IMG/VR virus record: IMGVR_UViG_3300011437_000016
Span: 1-39,474 of that record
From: a virus
Lineage: Duplodnaviria; Caudoviricetes
Direction: 5' to 3' (one strand)
Length of the DNA stretch: 39,474 bases
Within the stretch, counting starts at the first letter, position 1; the number at the start of each line of letters is the position of its first letter. The notes under the pieces were generated by a model. It saw nothing but the letters and a program-made list of their open reading frames with translations. It was not told the origin of the DNA and did no database searches. Positions 17,666 to 25,988 of this stretch are shown piece by piece. Made by a program: the position numbers and the translations under genes.

Positions 17666-18703
17666 TTACCGCGCCGAGGTCGAAGTCAGGGCGGAATTGA
17701 TCGCGCGTTCCAAACGCGCATCCAATCCCCCGCGATGTTCTCGCGGGCCTGATCGCGCCACGGCGGCAGCGCCTGGGCGAATCGTGTTCGCTTCAGACGC
17801 CTGCTTGATCTCGTCGAGCGTTTGGCGGCGGGTTTCCGCTTTGAGTTGCGTGGTCGAGGTCTGGAGATCTTCTTGGAGCGCCCGGTGGTACGCGGACAAG
17901 AGCGTCGTCCGTTTATCCGACACCATGATCTCGCGAATGCGTGGCGTGAGGTCGTCGAAGCGGTGCCACGTTTTCGCTTCCCGCACGGCTTCGCCCGCGA
18001 ACGATTGGGCTTCAGCGCGGATTTGCGCCACGCGTGCGGAATGATGCAGTTGTTGGAGGGGCTGTAGTTCGCCACTCAGTTGCTGCTTGAATTGCTGCAG
18101 CGCGTGATTGACGACCTGTTGGACTTGATCGGCGGTGTACGCCTGCTGCCCATCGACGCTGACGAGCGCCGGTTGGGGCAAGGCGGGCGGGCCGTGCGCG
18201 ATCACGCTGTCGGGGCTGTCGCCGTTCCGAGGGCGATAGGTCCCGTCGCGCTTGAGCGCCTGCAGCGTGAGTTCCGCGTGGAGCTGCGGATCCCGTCGCA
18301 GGAGATCGAGGTGCGCGCGAACTTCGACCGGGTCGAGGTTGTCAGCGAGTCCGTACTCCGAAAAAACCTGCTCGCGGGTTGCGTTCCGTTCTTTGACGCG
18401 AGCATTTTCCAATACCGTTGGCCACTTCGCTGGGGGCGGTTCCCCGTCCGAAGGACGCTCGGGTGTGCCAGCCGGTGCGCTCCCCCGTCTCGTGGGGGCC
18501 TCGGTCGAACGCGCGGAATCGGCGGCTGTTCCCTCTAACCCGGAGGGAGCGGCGGGGACATCTGGCGGCGTAGGACCAGAGGTCGGCGCAGACGGGGTGG
18601 TCACGGGGGTCGTCTTCGTGATCTCCGAGGATGAGTCGGAGCCTGACGAGAGTGACCCGACCGCTGAGTCAACCGATGCGCTGATAACGCCTTCTAGGCT
18701 CAT
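17666..18703 (-). CDS. capsid scaffolding protein
   Basis: Disordered N-terminus and helical Gln-rich core, directly upstream of the MCP. Confidence 0.65.
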   Translation of the reverse strand: MSLEGVISASVDSAVGSLSSGSDSSSEITKTTPVTTPSAPTSGPTPPDVPAAPSGLEGTAADSARSTEAPTRRGSAPAGTPERPSDGEPPPAKWPTVLENARVKERNATREQVFSEYGLADNLDPVEVRAHLDLLRRDPQLHAELTLQALKRDGTYRPRNGDSPDSVIAHGPPALPQPALVSVDGQQAYTADQVQQVVNHALQQFKQQLSGELQPLQQLHHSARVAQIRAEAQSFAGEAVREAKTWHRFDDLTPRIREIMVSDKRTTLLSAYHRALQEDLQTSTTQLKAETRRQTLDEIKQASEANTIRPGAAAVARSGPREHRGGLDARLERAINSALTSTSAR

Positions 18704-18865
18704 GAACCTTGAGGGAACCTTCCCTTGCCGCTGTATCGCAGCGCGGCGCTCGTTAAGATCGAGCCTATACCGGTCGTCAAGCCCCGCTCAGGCTATACTC
18801 AGGGCCACTGGCCGTTGGAAGCGACCAGTGACCCCTAACCAATCGGCCGCTGGAGGCGGCCAATA

Positions 18866-20035
18866 TTGGCTGAGCCGATCCTGACACAGACGATTGGCGT
18901 CACCCTCAAATTGCGGCCGACGTGTGCCCAAGCCGCGACGATGCAACGATGGTTGTGGCATCTCACCGCCGTCTACAACTGGGCGGTCAAGACGATTGAG
19001 CGGGATGCCGAGCGTCGGGTCTATCGATCAACCTTCGACATGTACGCCCTCGTGAATGGCCATAGTCGTCGTTTAGAAATACCGCGCTCAGCCATTCGCG
19101 GCACCATTGGGACCGCCCATAACGCTTGGCAACGAGCGTTCCATCGCGTCTCTCGTCGCCCCAAATTGAAGGGCCGCCGACGCCCACTCAATAGCATCGC
19201 CTTCAGTCAGGCGAATAAACGGCCAATTCGTGGGCGGCGAATCTATCTCGCTGGCCTAGGTGAAGTCCGATTTCATGAGCAGGCCATTCCTGATGGCAAG
19301 ATCGTCTGCCTTCGGGTGGTCAAGCGAGCATCAGGTTGGTACGTCTGCCTCTTCATGAACGCCGCGCCCAGAACGATCCCTAGAGTGGCGGCTGGCCAGA
19401 TCGGTATCGATCCCGGATTCTCGTCGCTCCTGACGCTTTCAAGTGGAGAGTTGATTGAGCATCCGAAGGAGCTGAAGGTCGCTGCTCTTAGGTTAGCCCA
19501 AGCCCAACGTGGGAAACGTCGCCGCTTAACTGCGCGGATCCAAGAGCGCATCGCGAATAGACGGAAGAATCGCAATCATCATCTCTCTCGTCAGTTGGTC
19601 GCTGAGAACACTTTCATCGCCTTCTCGAAAGATCGCATCAAGGCAATCGAAAAAAGGTTTGGTAAAAGCACCGCTAGTGCTGCGCATGCTCAACTTAGAT
19701 CACAACTTCGTTACAAGAGCCTTACCGGCGGTACGAAGTTCATCGAGGTGCCTTCTCGTAATTCCACTCGGACCTGCTCAGCATGTGGGGCCTTGACCGG
19801 CCCAACTGGCTGGAGTGGGCTGACAGTGAGGCAATGGACGTGCGGCTGTGGGGCCGAGCACGAGCGTGATGTTAATGCCGCTCGGAACACGTTATTTGCT
19901 GCGCTCGGAACGAGCGTCGAGAGTCGTCGTGAGGCGGCGTCTGGAATCGCATCAAAGGCAACATCGCGAGGTTCATGTCTGGTGGCGTGGGGACCACTCC
20001 CGTGCACTACTGCGGACTTAAGTACCCCGATCTAG
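18866..20035 (+). CDS. tnpB: TnpB (IS200/IS605-family RNA-guided nuclease homolog), RuvC-II Glu apparently absent
   Basis: N-terminal LKLRPT..Q...VYNW, RuvC-I GIDPG, Zn finger TCSAC...WTCGCG and RuvC-III RDVNAARN. There is no tnpA nearby, and GC is lower than the flanks. Confidence 0.9.
   Translation: MAEPILTQTIGVTLKLRPTCAQAATMQRWLWHLTAVYNWAVKTIERDAERRVYRSTFDMYALVNGHSRRLEIPRSAIRGTIGTAHNAWQRAFHRVSRRPKLKGRRRPLNSIAFSQANKRPIRGRRIYLAGLGEVRFHEQAIPDGKIVCLRVVKRASGWYVCLFMNAAPRTIPRVAAGQIGIDPGFSSLLTLSSGELIEHPKELKVAALRLAQAQRGKRRRLTARIQERIANRRKNRNHHLSRQLVAENTFIAFSKDRIKAIEKRFGKSTASAAHAQLRSQLRYKSLTGGTKFIEVPSRNSTRTCSACGALTGPTGWSGLTVRQWTCGCGAEHERDVNAARNTLFAALGTSVESRREAASGIASKATSRGSCLVAWGPLPCTTADLSTPI
19900..19996 (+). 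ncRNA. putative omega-RNA 3' part plus guide (scaffold ends ~19976, guide ~19977-19996; 5' boundary unknown)
   Basis: GAATCGC...GCGAGGTTCAT resembles the ISDra2 right end as I recall it (GAATC...GAGGTTCAA). An upstream hairpin GTCGTC-GTGA-GGCGGC has a GTGAG that could pseudoknot with TTCAT. Confidence 0.55.
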
Positions 20036-20070
20036 AGAGAGAAGCGCGCGAGGCGGGGGTGCGTGGCGGA

Positions 20071-20099
20071 TAGCCAAGATGGGCCAACTTGGCTATACT
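20071..20099 (+). promoter_or_regulatory. parDE promoter/operator
   Basis: Inverted repeat TAGCCAAG-N9-CTTGGCTA (20071-20095) overlaps the -10 box TATACT (20094-20099). The ATG is 7 nt downstream with no RBS. Confidence 0.65.
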
Positions 20100-20106
20100 T
20101 TGTGGC

Positions 20107-20355
20107 ATGAATGTGTCCCTCACGCCGGAGCTGCAGGCCTACATCGACGCGAAGGTGAAGACGGGCCGCTACAACAACGCGAGCGAAGTCGTCCGCGAAG
20201 CGCTGCGCTTGACCATGGACTACGACACGTTTCGCCACGAGGTGCGCGCGGCGATTGAAGCGCGGGCCGTGGAAACGACCGGGCTGATCGACGCCGTCGC
20301 CGCGGTGGGGGCCTTCAAGTCGAAGCTGCAGGCCCGCGCCACGGCCAAGGCGTGA
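20107..20355 (+). CDS. parD: ParD-family (RHH) antitoxin
   Basis: MNVSLTPELQAYIDAKVKTGRYNNASEVVREALR. Confidence 0.9.
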   Translation: MNVSLTPELQAYIDAKVKTGRYNNASEVVREALRLTMDYDTFRHEVRAAIEARAVETTGLIDAVAAVGAFKSKLQARATAKA

Positions 20356-20669
20356 GCGCGCGCCTCCATCCGCTGGCGCACCAGGAACTCGACCAGATCC
20401 TCTCGGCGCTCGCGGAGCAGCACGTCCCCGCCGCCACGACATTGGCGGATGACTTCCTCGCGGTGTTCGATTTGATCGCCACGATGCCGGGGATGGGATC
20501 GCGACGGCCTGACCTCACCGACGCTGTGGAGGTCCGCTTCGTCCGCGTCGGAGACTACCTCGTCGCGTATCGGGCCGACGTGGCCGTGGGCCCGATGATC
20601 CTGCTGATCGTGCATGGGGCCCGCGACCTCCCCTGGCTGCTGCCCCCCCTCTTGTCAGAGCGGGAATGA
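20352..20669 (+). CDS. parE: ParE/RelE-family toxin
   Basis: A..ELDQI...PGMGSRRPDL...YLVAYR...IVHGARDL. GTGA overlap with parD. Confidence 0.85.
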   Translation: MSARLHPLAHQELDQILSALAEQHVPAATTLADDFLAVFDLIATMPGMGSRRPDLTDAVEVRFVRVGDYLVAYRADVAVGPMILLIVHGARDLPWLLPPLLSERE

Positions 20670-20678
20670 TCTCGTGGA

Positions 20679-20778
20679 GAGGGAGTGGATTGGCGGCGTG
20701 ATGGGTTCCGTGGAGGTGGCTGATCGGGTTGGACGACCGTCCATCGCCGTGAGCGTCACGCCGCCAATACACTCCCTC
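20679..20778. repeat. 25-bp imperfect inverted repeat (large stem-loop)
   Basis: GAGGGAGTGGATTGGCGGCGTGATG (20679-20703) versus CGTCACGCCGCCAATACACTCCCTC (20754-20778). Confidence 0.85.
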
Positions 20779-20884
20779 CCAGTTCCAACCGGACCGACCT
20801 GTGGTAACCTGCGCTCGTTAGTCCCAGCGGGGTTGCCTTACGGTCTTCACGCCCACTGCGGCGTCCATTTTGCAATCAGCCACC

Positions 20885-20916
20885 GGCCGGTTCACTATCC
20901 CCCGGCCTATTTTTTT
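20885..20916 (+). terminator. intrinsic terminator
   Basis: GGCCGG-N11-CCGGCC followed by TATTTTTTT. Confidence 0.6.
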
Positions 20917-20925
20917 GTCTGGGGA

Positions 20926-21024
20926 GGCGCGTGTCGGCGGCGGGCGTTGGAAGCCGCCGGGCAGGTGTGCAGGTTGGAGGCCGCCAGCTCGACCGGTGAC
21001 CTCGACCCGCCGCCGACACGCGCC
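20926..21024. repeat. 19-bp perfect inverted repeat with 61-nt interior
   Basis: GGCGCGTGTCGGCGGCGGG (20926-20944) and CCCGCCGCCGACACGCGCC (21006-21024). Confidence 0.9.
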
Positions 21025-21037
21025 CACCCCCACCCCA

Positions 21038-21433
21038 TCACCGCGTGACGGATCGCCGCCGGTCGGCCGCGGGTTCCTCATAGGCGCGTGCCGCAAAGCC
21101 CAACTGATCACTGAGTTCCGTCGCTTGCCCAGGGTGGGGCGGTTCGCCACTCACCACTTCCGCGGCGGCGACCCAGAACGTATCGGTCCCATTGAGAAAC
21201 GCGTGGCCCGAGATCATCGTGCTGTCGGGCGTCTCGCGCGTGATCAGCAGCGGGACCAAGTCGCCTTCGGCCACGGGATCCCCGAGCCGCGCGGCGGCCC
21301 CTGCCGGCCACTCCGGGGGGTTGCGCCCCGCGCGGTTCTGGATGCTCTCGCTGGTCGTGCGTTGCGCGTTGATGAGCGCGACATCGCTGGCCGAGAGGAC
21401 GTAGAGGACGGTCGTACCGATTCGCATGGACAT
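21038..21433 (-). CDS. phage hypothetical protein
   Basis: IGTTVLYVLSASDVALIN...GDLVPLLITR...GHAFLNGTDTFWV resembles a recurring small phage protein pattern. Confidence 0.6.
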   Translation of the reverse strand: MSMRIGTTVLYVLSASDVALINAQRTTSESIQNRAGRNPPEWPAGAAARLGDPVAEGDLVPLLITRETPDSTMISGHAFLNGTDTFWVAAAEVVSGEPPHPGQATELSDQLGFAARAYEEPAADRRRSVTR

Positions 21434-21438
21434 AAGCG

Positions 21439-22269
21439 TCACATCACCTGCAAAGGCGCGTCGATGACGCGCGAGGCCTGATGGTAGAGCGTGCGGCAGG
21501 AACAAATCAGCAGCAGCCGCTCCGGGGAGAGCGCGACGGCGACCGCTTGGTCTTCGTGGACCGGGTTGCCGTCAAAACACGGGCGATGAAACAGGCGCGG
21601 TTCCTTGTGGCGCCCGCGCAAGGCAGCAAAATAGCGGCGCAGCAAGAGCGCTTCCATGTCATGGAGAAGCGTCGTCGGACGCGCCACCGGGCCTGCTTGT
21701 GTGAGGATCGTACCACCGGTGTCGTCGGCCGACGTACGCGAGATATTGGGTAGATTGCCCAGCACGAGGTCGGTGGTACCCACGGGCGGCGTGTAGACCG
21801 CGTAGCCGCAGCGGCACTCGAGCACGACGCGCCGCTCCGTCACATGCATCCGGCAGCCGTGGTACCGGGTGCGCTGGAAGCAGTCCTCACACCACACCGT
21901 TTCGATCAGGTCGAAGTGCCGGAAGATCGCGGTGATCGCGCCGTAGACGTGCGCTTCCTCCTGGCGCATCGGCGGCACGTCGGGCTCGGGGAGCGTGAGG
22001 GTCGAGAGGTGCGTCGGCGGATCCAGCTTCGGGCCGGTGGTGCTTTCCTGCTGGTGTTGGATGCGGAGCCCTGACGCGTTGAGCAGCTCGAAGTACTGTT
22101 TCTTGCCTTCGACGTACGGGCGTCCCGGCAGGCCATCGACGTATTGCGGCCCGCCCCAGAAGCGGTCGTCGTGGATGGCGAGCGTCTGCTTCTCGGGCGC
22201 GGCGGCGGCGTCCGCGACCGGCTCGAGCGGCGGCGGGCGCGGCGGAATGGTGGTCGAGTCGTCAGCCAT
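21439..22269 (-). CDS. hypothetical protein with two Cys/His metal-binding repeats
   Basis: WCEDCF...LECRC and FHRPCF...LICSC. Confidence 0.6.
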   Translation of the reverse strand: MADDSTTIPPRPPPLEPVADAAAAPEKQTLAIHDDRFWGGPQYVDGLPGRPYVEGKKQYFELLNASGLRIQHQQESTTGPKLDPPTHLSTLTLPEPDVPPMRQEEAHVYGAITAIFRHFDLIETVWCEDCFQRTRYHGCRMHVTERRVVLECRCGYAVYTPPVGTTDLVLGNLPNISRTSADDTGGTILTQAGPVARPTTLLHDMEALLLRRYFAALRGRHKEPRLFHRPCFDGNPVHEDQAVAVALSPERLLLICSCRTLYHQASRVIDAPLQVM

Positions 22270-22277
22270 CGGAACCC

Positions 22278-22598
22278 TCACACGAGATTGGGCGCGACGA
22301 TGAACGGGTAGATGCTGCTCCACAGATCGCGCGGCGGGTTGTCGTAGAGCACCCGCGACTGGATGCGCCATTCGCCGGTCACCGGCAGATCGCCCGCGAC
22401 GGTCACGTAGAGCAGCTTGCCTTCTTTCCCACTCCCGATTTTACTCGCGACCTTCTCGCTCGCGCCGGTCGTTTCGGGCGCGCGGAAATAGACCTTCATG
22501 GCGACCGCCGTCGTCAGGTCCAGCGGTCGGCCGTTGGACGCCGTGAGCGGCATCACGATCTCCACGCCGATGACGCCGACTTTCAGGGTGACCGCCAT
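22278..22598 (-). CDS. BppU N-terminal-like virion protein
   Basis: GRPLDLT...GKLLYVTVAGDLPVTGEWRIQ. AAGGAG RBS. Confidence 0.6.
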   Translation of the reverse strand: MAVTLKVGVIGVEIVMPLTASNGRPLDLTTAVAMKVYFRAPETTGASEKVASKIGSGKEGKLLYVTVAGDLPVTGEWRIQSRVLYDNPPRDLWSSIYPFIVAPNLV

Positions 22599-22609
22599 GA
22601 TCTTCTCCT

Positions 22610-23551
22610 TCACTCGTCGCAGAGACAGTCGGCACCCCAGGCGTCCACGCCGGACGGCAACACCACGCGCGTCGTGACGTGCATCGGGATGACGACCTGG
22701 GTCGGCGAGGACGTCGGCGGCACATCACCGGGGGCCGCGTCCCCCACCGGAAACACCAGCAGTCCCGTCATCCACCGATCCGCATCGGTGAGGTCTGTAA
22801 TCTGCCAGGTATAGTCCTTCGGGGCGACGACCGGGAGATTGTCACTGAGCGCCTCCACGACGTACTGCGTCACCCGCTGCGGCACGGTCGAGAGACTGAG
22901 TACTTCGGCGACCGCCTGCGTGAGGTGGACGGCGGCCGCGGGGGCCCCGCTGAACACCGCACTCCCCGCCGCCTGATGCCCCGGCGACGGACTGAAGCCC
23001 CACGTCGGGTTGATGGCGGCGGCCGTCGTTTGGATCTGCCACGCGGCGGCGCCTTGCATATTCGCGCCCCCCGTAAACCCAATCGCGGTGAGCGTGAATC
23101 CGGTCATCGACGGGGTGGTCGCGCTTTGCCCGCCCTCGCCACTGACGACGAGCGCGCCGTTCGTCGTCGGCGTGAGGCTGCCGGTGGCGAGGGCGGTGCC
23201 GCTCGTGGCCGTGGCCCCGCTCTGTGACTCAAAACTGCCCACGCCCGCAAACGCCGACGCCACGAACGCGGGATAGATCGAGGGCCCTGAGACGGTGAAG
23301 GTGTGCCCCGCGCCAACGGTCCCGCCCAGGCTATAAAACAGCTGGTGCGCGATCTCCCCGCCCGACGCGCGCAGTGTGAGCGGGAGATACGTGTTGCCTT
23401 TGGAATCCGCGACCGTGGGCGTGCCGCCGAGGGCGGGATAATAGGCCACGCTCACCACGAGGCACGTCGCGCCGGTCGTATCGATGGCCGACGTCGAGCC
23501 GCCGTTCGCCCCGGGGGCCGCCGACACGGTGGTGATGTGGGTAATCGCCAT
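22610..23551 (-). CDS. putative tail/head fibre or receptor-binding protein
   Basis: Beta-rich T/G/A/S protein with a DSKGNTY domain shared with 24590-25792. Confidence 0.55.
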   Translation of the reverse strand: MAITHITTVSAAPGANGGSTSAIDTTGATCLVVSVAYYPALGGTPTVADSKGNTYLPLTLRASGGEIAHQLFYSLGGTVGAGHTFTVSGPSIYPAFVASAFAGVGSFESQSGATATSGTALATGSLTPTTNGALVVSGEGGQSATTPSMTGFTLTAIGFTGGANMQGAAAWQIQTTAAAINPTWGFSPSPGHQAAGSAVFSGAPAAAVHLTQAVAEVLSLSTVPQRVTQYVVEALSDNLPVVAPKDYTWQITDLTDADRWMTGLLVFPVGDAAPGDVPPTSSPTQVVIPMHVTTRVVLPSGVDAWGADCLCDE

Positions 23552-23553
23552 CT

Positions 23554-24579
23554 TCAGCCGGTGCGCCGGTACCCGAACTCGGCCGCGTTAAACCCCGCCT
23601 CGGTCCACGCCGCGCCCGTCCCCGGATTGGTGGCCTGAATCTGCAGCAGCGTGGCGTACGTCGTGGACGGACTCAGATCGGTCCCCACGTAGTCCACGCC
23701 GCTCTGCCGCACCACGGGCGCGAGCGTGGCCGCGCCCGCGTCGGTCTTTTTCGCCGAGAGACAATGCTGGACGCCAAAGATGGTCGCGCCCACGGCGGGC
23801 GCATTCTCGACGACGAACGTATCGGTCACGCCCGCCGCCGTGGCACTGGTGTAGTCGGTGTCGTCATTGGGCGTGGCGTCATCGACACACTGCCAATTCG
23901 CGCCCGTCGAGGGCGTCCACCCCGTCGTGGCTCCGGCGGCGGTCGGCCGACACGCATCGACGCGACAGTCCCCGAGGAAGGTGTTCCCCGGGGCGGCCCC
24001 CGCCCCGTCCGAGACGTAGAGATCATCGAAGGTCGTGAACGAGCCCAGATAGATCACGGTCGGCACGCCGGTCCCACCATTGCGCGTATCCACCCCAGTG
24101 GCCGACGCGACCTCCAGGCCGTTGACGCGCACCGCCACGCTCCCGCCGGGGGCGTCGGCAATGAGCACCAGCCATTCGACGTAGTAGGTCACGCCGGTCG
24201 TCACGAGGCCGGCCGCTGATTCACAGAGCAACGTCGGCGTCCCGCCATAATCCCACCCGGTGCCCGCCATCCGGCCCACGTTCACTTTGCCGTCTGACGT
24301 GAAGTAGAGCTGCACATGGGTGCCCCCACTTTCCCCGATCATCATCAGCCGCCAGATCGTGCCCACGGGGTTGGTGTTGGTCACCGCCGCGCCCATGATG
24401 ATCGTGGACGAGCTGGCGGCAATCCCTTTGGCCGCGTAGTGATCCGCGCCGTTGCCGACCAACCCGCCGCTCCCACGTCGTCCCGCCGCCGCGCCAATCG
24501 TCACCCCGTTCATGCTCGTCCACTTCTCGGTGAGGTCGGCTGTGGCGAGGTGGTCGAAACTGTCCATGAAGAGAATCAC
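23554..24579 (-). CDS. putative virion protein (LamG/concanavalin-like)
   Basis: ILFMDSFDH...TYYVEW...VRVNG...FDDLYV...NPGTGAAWT...AEFGY. AGGAG RBS. Confidence 0.6.
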   Translation of the reverse strand: MILFMDSFDHLATADLTEKWTSMNGVTIGAAAGRRGSGGLVGNGADHYAAKGIAASSSTIIMGAAVTNTNPVGTIWRLMMIGESGGTHVQLYFTSDGKVNVGRMAGTGWDYGGTPTLLCESAAGLVTTGVTYYVEWLVLIADAPGGSVAVRVNGLEVASATGVDTRNGGTGVPTVIYLGSFTTFDDLYVSDGAGAAPGNTFLGDCRVDACRPTAAGATTGWTPSTGANWQCVDDATPNDDTDYTSATAAGVTDTFVVENAPAVGATIFGVQHCLSAKKTDAGAATLAPVVRQSGVDYVGTDLSPSTTYATLLQIQATNPGTGAAWTEAGFNAAEFGYRRTG

Positions 24580-24589
24580 GGCGTGTCTC

Positions 24590-25792
24590 CTAGGGGGCCA
24601 ACGTCGTCGGGTTGGCGGTCTTGGTGCGATACGTTTCCGGCACCGCGTAGTTGACCGGGAGAAAGACCGCCGTCGTCAGCGCGAGATCGGTGCGCGCTTC
24701 GCCCCACGACCAGAGTGGATTGATCGGCGCGGCGGTCGGTTGGATGTACCAGCCGATGGACCCGTTCACGCCATGGGCGATCCCAGCCGTGATCTCAAAC
24801 ACAGCGGGCGTGATGAAGTCCTCGCCCTCTGGGCCATACTCGCCGAGCGAGGTCATCCCAGTCAGGATGAGCGCGCCATCGGCGGCGGGCGTGACACTGC
24901 CGGTCGCCTGCGGCGACGTGGTCGGCCCACTGTGGCCGGTCCCGTTCTCTTCCTGGTAGGCCACGACCCCGGCAAACGCCATCACGATGAGGGGCGTGAG
25001 CGTCCCACTCAGCGAAAAGCTGTGCCCGTACCCGACCGTGGGGTTGAGGCAGTAGTAGAGCCGCATCCGCACCGTCCCAGGAGCCCCGTACGCCGTGAGC
25101 GGCGTCCACAGGTTGCTTTTCGAGTCGGTGACGACGAGCGTCGGCCCGTCCACGTACGGGACGCCCACGACGATCAAGGTCGCGCCCACCGTGCTGATCG
25201 GCGCCGTTGGGCCGGATTCGGCGTCAGGGAGCGTGATCACGAGCGTGATCGGCGGCGGCGGATCGTGGACGACGACCACATCGTCGGGCTGGTTCTGTTC
25301 CGTCAGCGCGGTGCCCCAGAGCGTGAGGTTCGACGCGTTGACGGCGAGGCCGAGCACGAGCGCGAAGTACGACGCGCCGTCACCGGGGACCGGCCAGTAG
25401 CGGTCCTCGCGGAACCCATCGACCGAGGTGCCGCTCGCTTCATCCGTTTCCACCGGCAGGCCGAGCGGGCCGACGAACTCGAACAGATGCACGACGAACG
25501 CGCAGGCGACCGACGCCGTGACGGTGACGGTCGTGGCCCCGGCAAACGCGTGCGGGCAGCGCCACACCGACATCATCTGCGGTGGACTGCTGCCGGGGCC
25601 GAAGGTCGCGATGTTGGTGTACGCGTTCCCGCGATCATCGGTCACCGTGAGCGTGAACGGCGCGACGTTCGCCATCACCGCGACGAGGAGCGACGAGCCC
25701 ACCGTGACCGGCGACGTGAACGCGTGCGAGAGCGCCATCGTCACCCCCGCCGAGGGCGCGGCCGTCGTTTGCAAGCGGTCAAACGGCGGCAT
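24590..25792 (-). CDS. putative tail/head fibre protein with two related beta domains
   Basis: TDDRGNAY and TDSKSNLW repeats. The start overlaps the upstream stop. Confidence 0.55.
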   Translation of the reverse strand: MPPFDRLQTTAAPSAGVTMALSHAFTSPVTVGSSLLVAVMANVAPFTLTVTDDRGNAYTNIATFGPGSSPPQMMSVWRCPHAFAGATTVTVTASVACAFVVHLFEFVGPLGLPVETDEASGTSVDGFREDRYWPVPGDGASYFALVLGLAVNASNLTLWGTALTEQNQPDDVVVVHDPPPPITLVITLPDAESGPTAPISTVGATLIVVGVPYVDGPTLVVTDSKSNLWTPLTAYGAPGTVRMRLYYCLNPTVGYGHSFSLSGTLTPLIVMAFAGVVAYQEENGTGHSGPTTSPQATGSVTPAADGALILTGMTSLGEYGPEGEDFITPAVFEITAGIAHGVNGSIGWYIQPTAAPINPLWSWGEARTDLALTTAVFLPVNYAVPETYRTKTANPTTLAP

Positions 25793-25986
25793 CAGGCCGA
25801 CTCGCGCGTCGGCGTGGCGCCTCGACGCGTCGGATATTTGGCTTCGTTGATGACGTCGCCACTCGGCCGGAGCTGCGGCGCATCGCGTTGACAGGACTCG
25901 CAGCGGTGATCGCCGACCTGACGGCAGGCGTCGTTGAGACACTCAGCCGGCGTCTTGCAGTCCACGCATTGGAACAGGTGCGACAT
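25792..25986 (-). CDS. small Cys-rich protein
   Basis: CVDC-x5-C-x4-C...CESC. Tightly packed after the portal gene. Confidence 0.5.
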   Translation of the reverse strand: MSHLFQCVDCKTPAECLNDACRQVGDHRCESCQRDAPQLRPSGDVINEAKYPTRRGATPTRESA

Positions 25987-25988
25987 CG

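Noticed and set aside
22610-25792. Duplicated fibre domains as a DGR template/variable repeat pair
   Set aside because: There is no reverse transcriptase, and divergence is spread over all bases rather than being adenine-specific.
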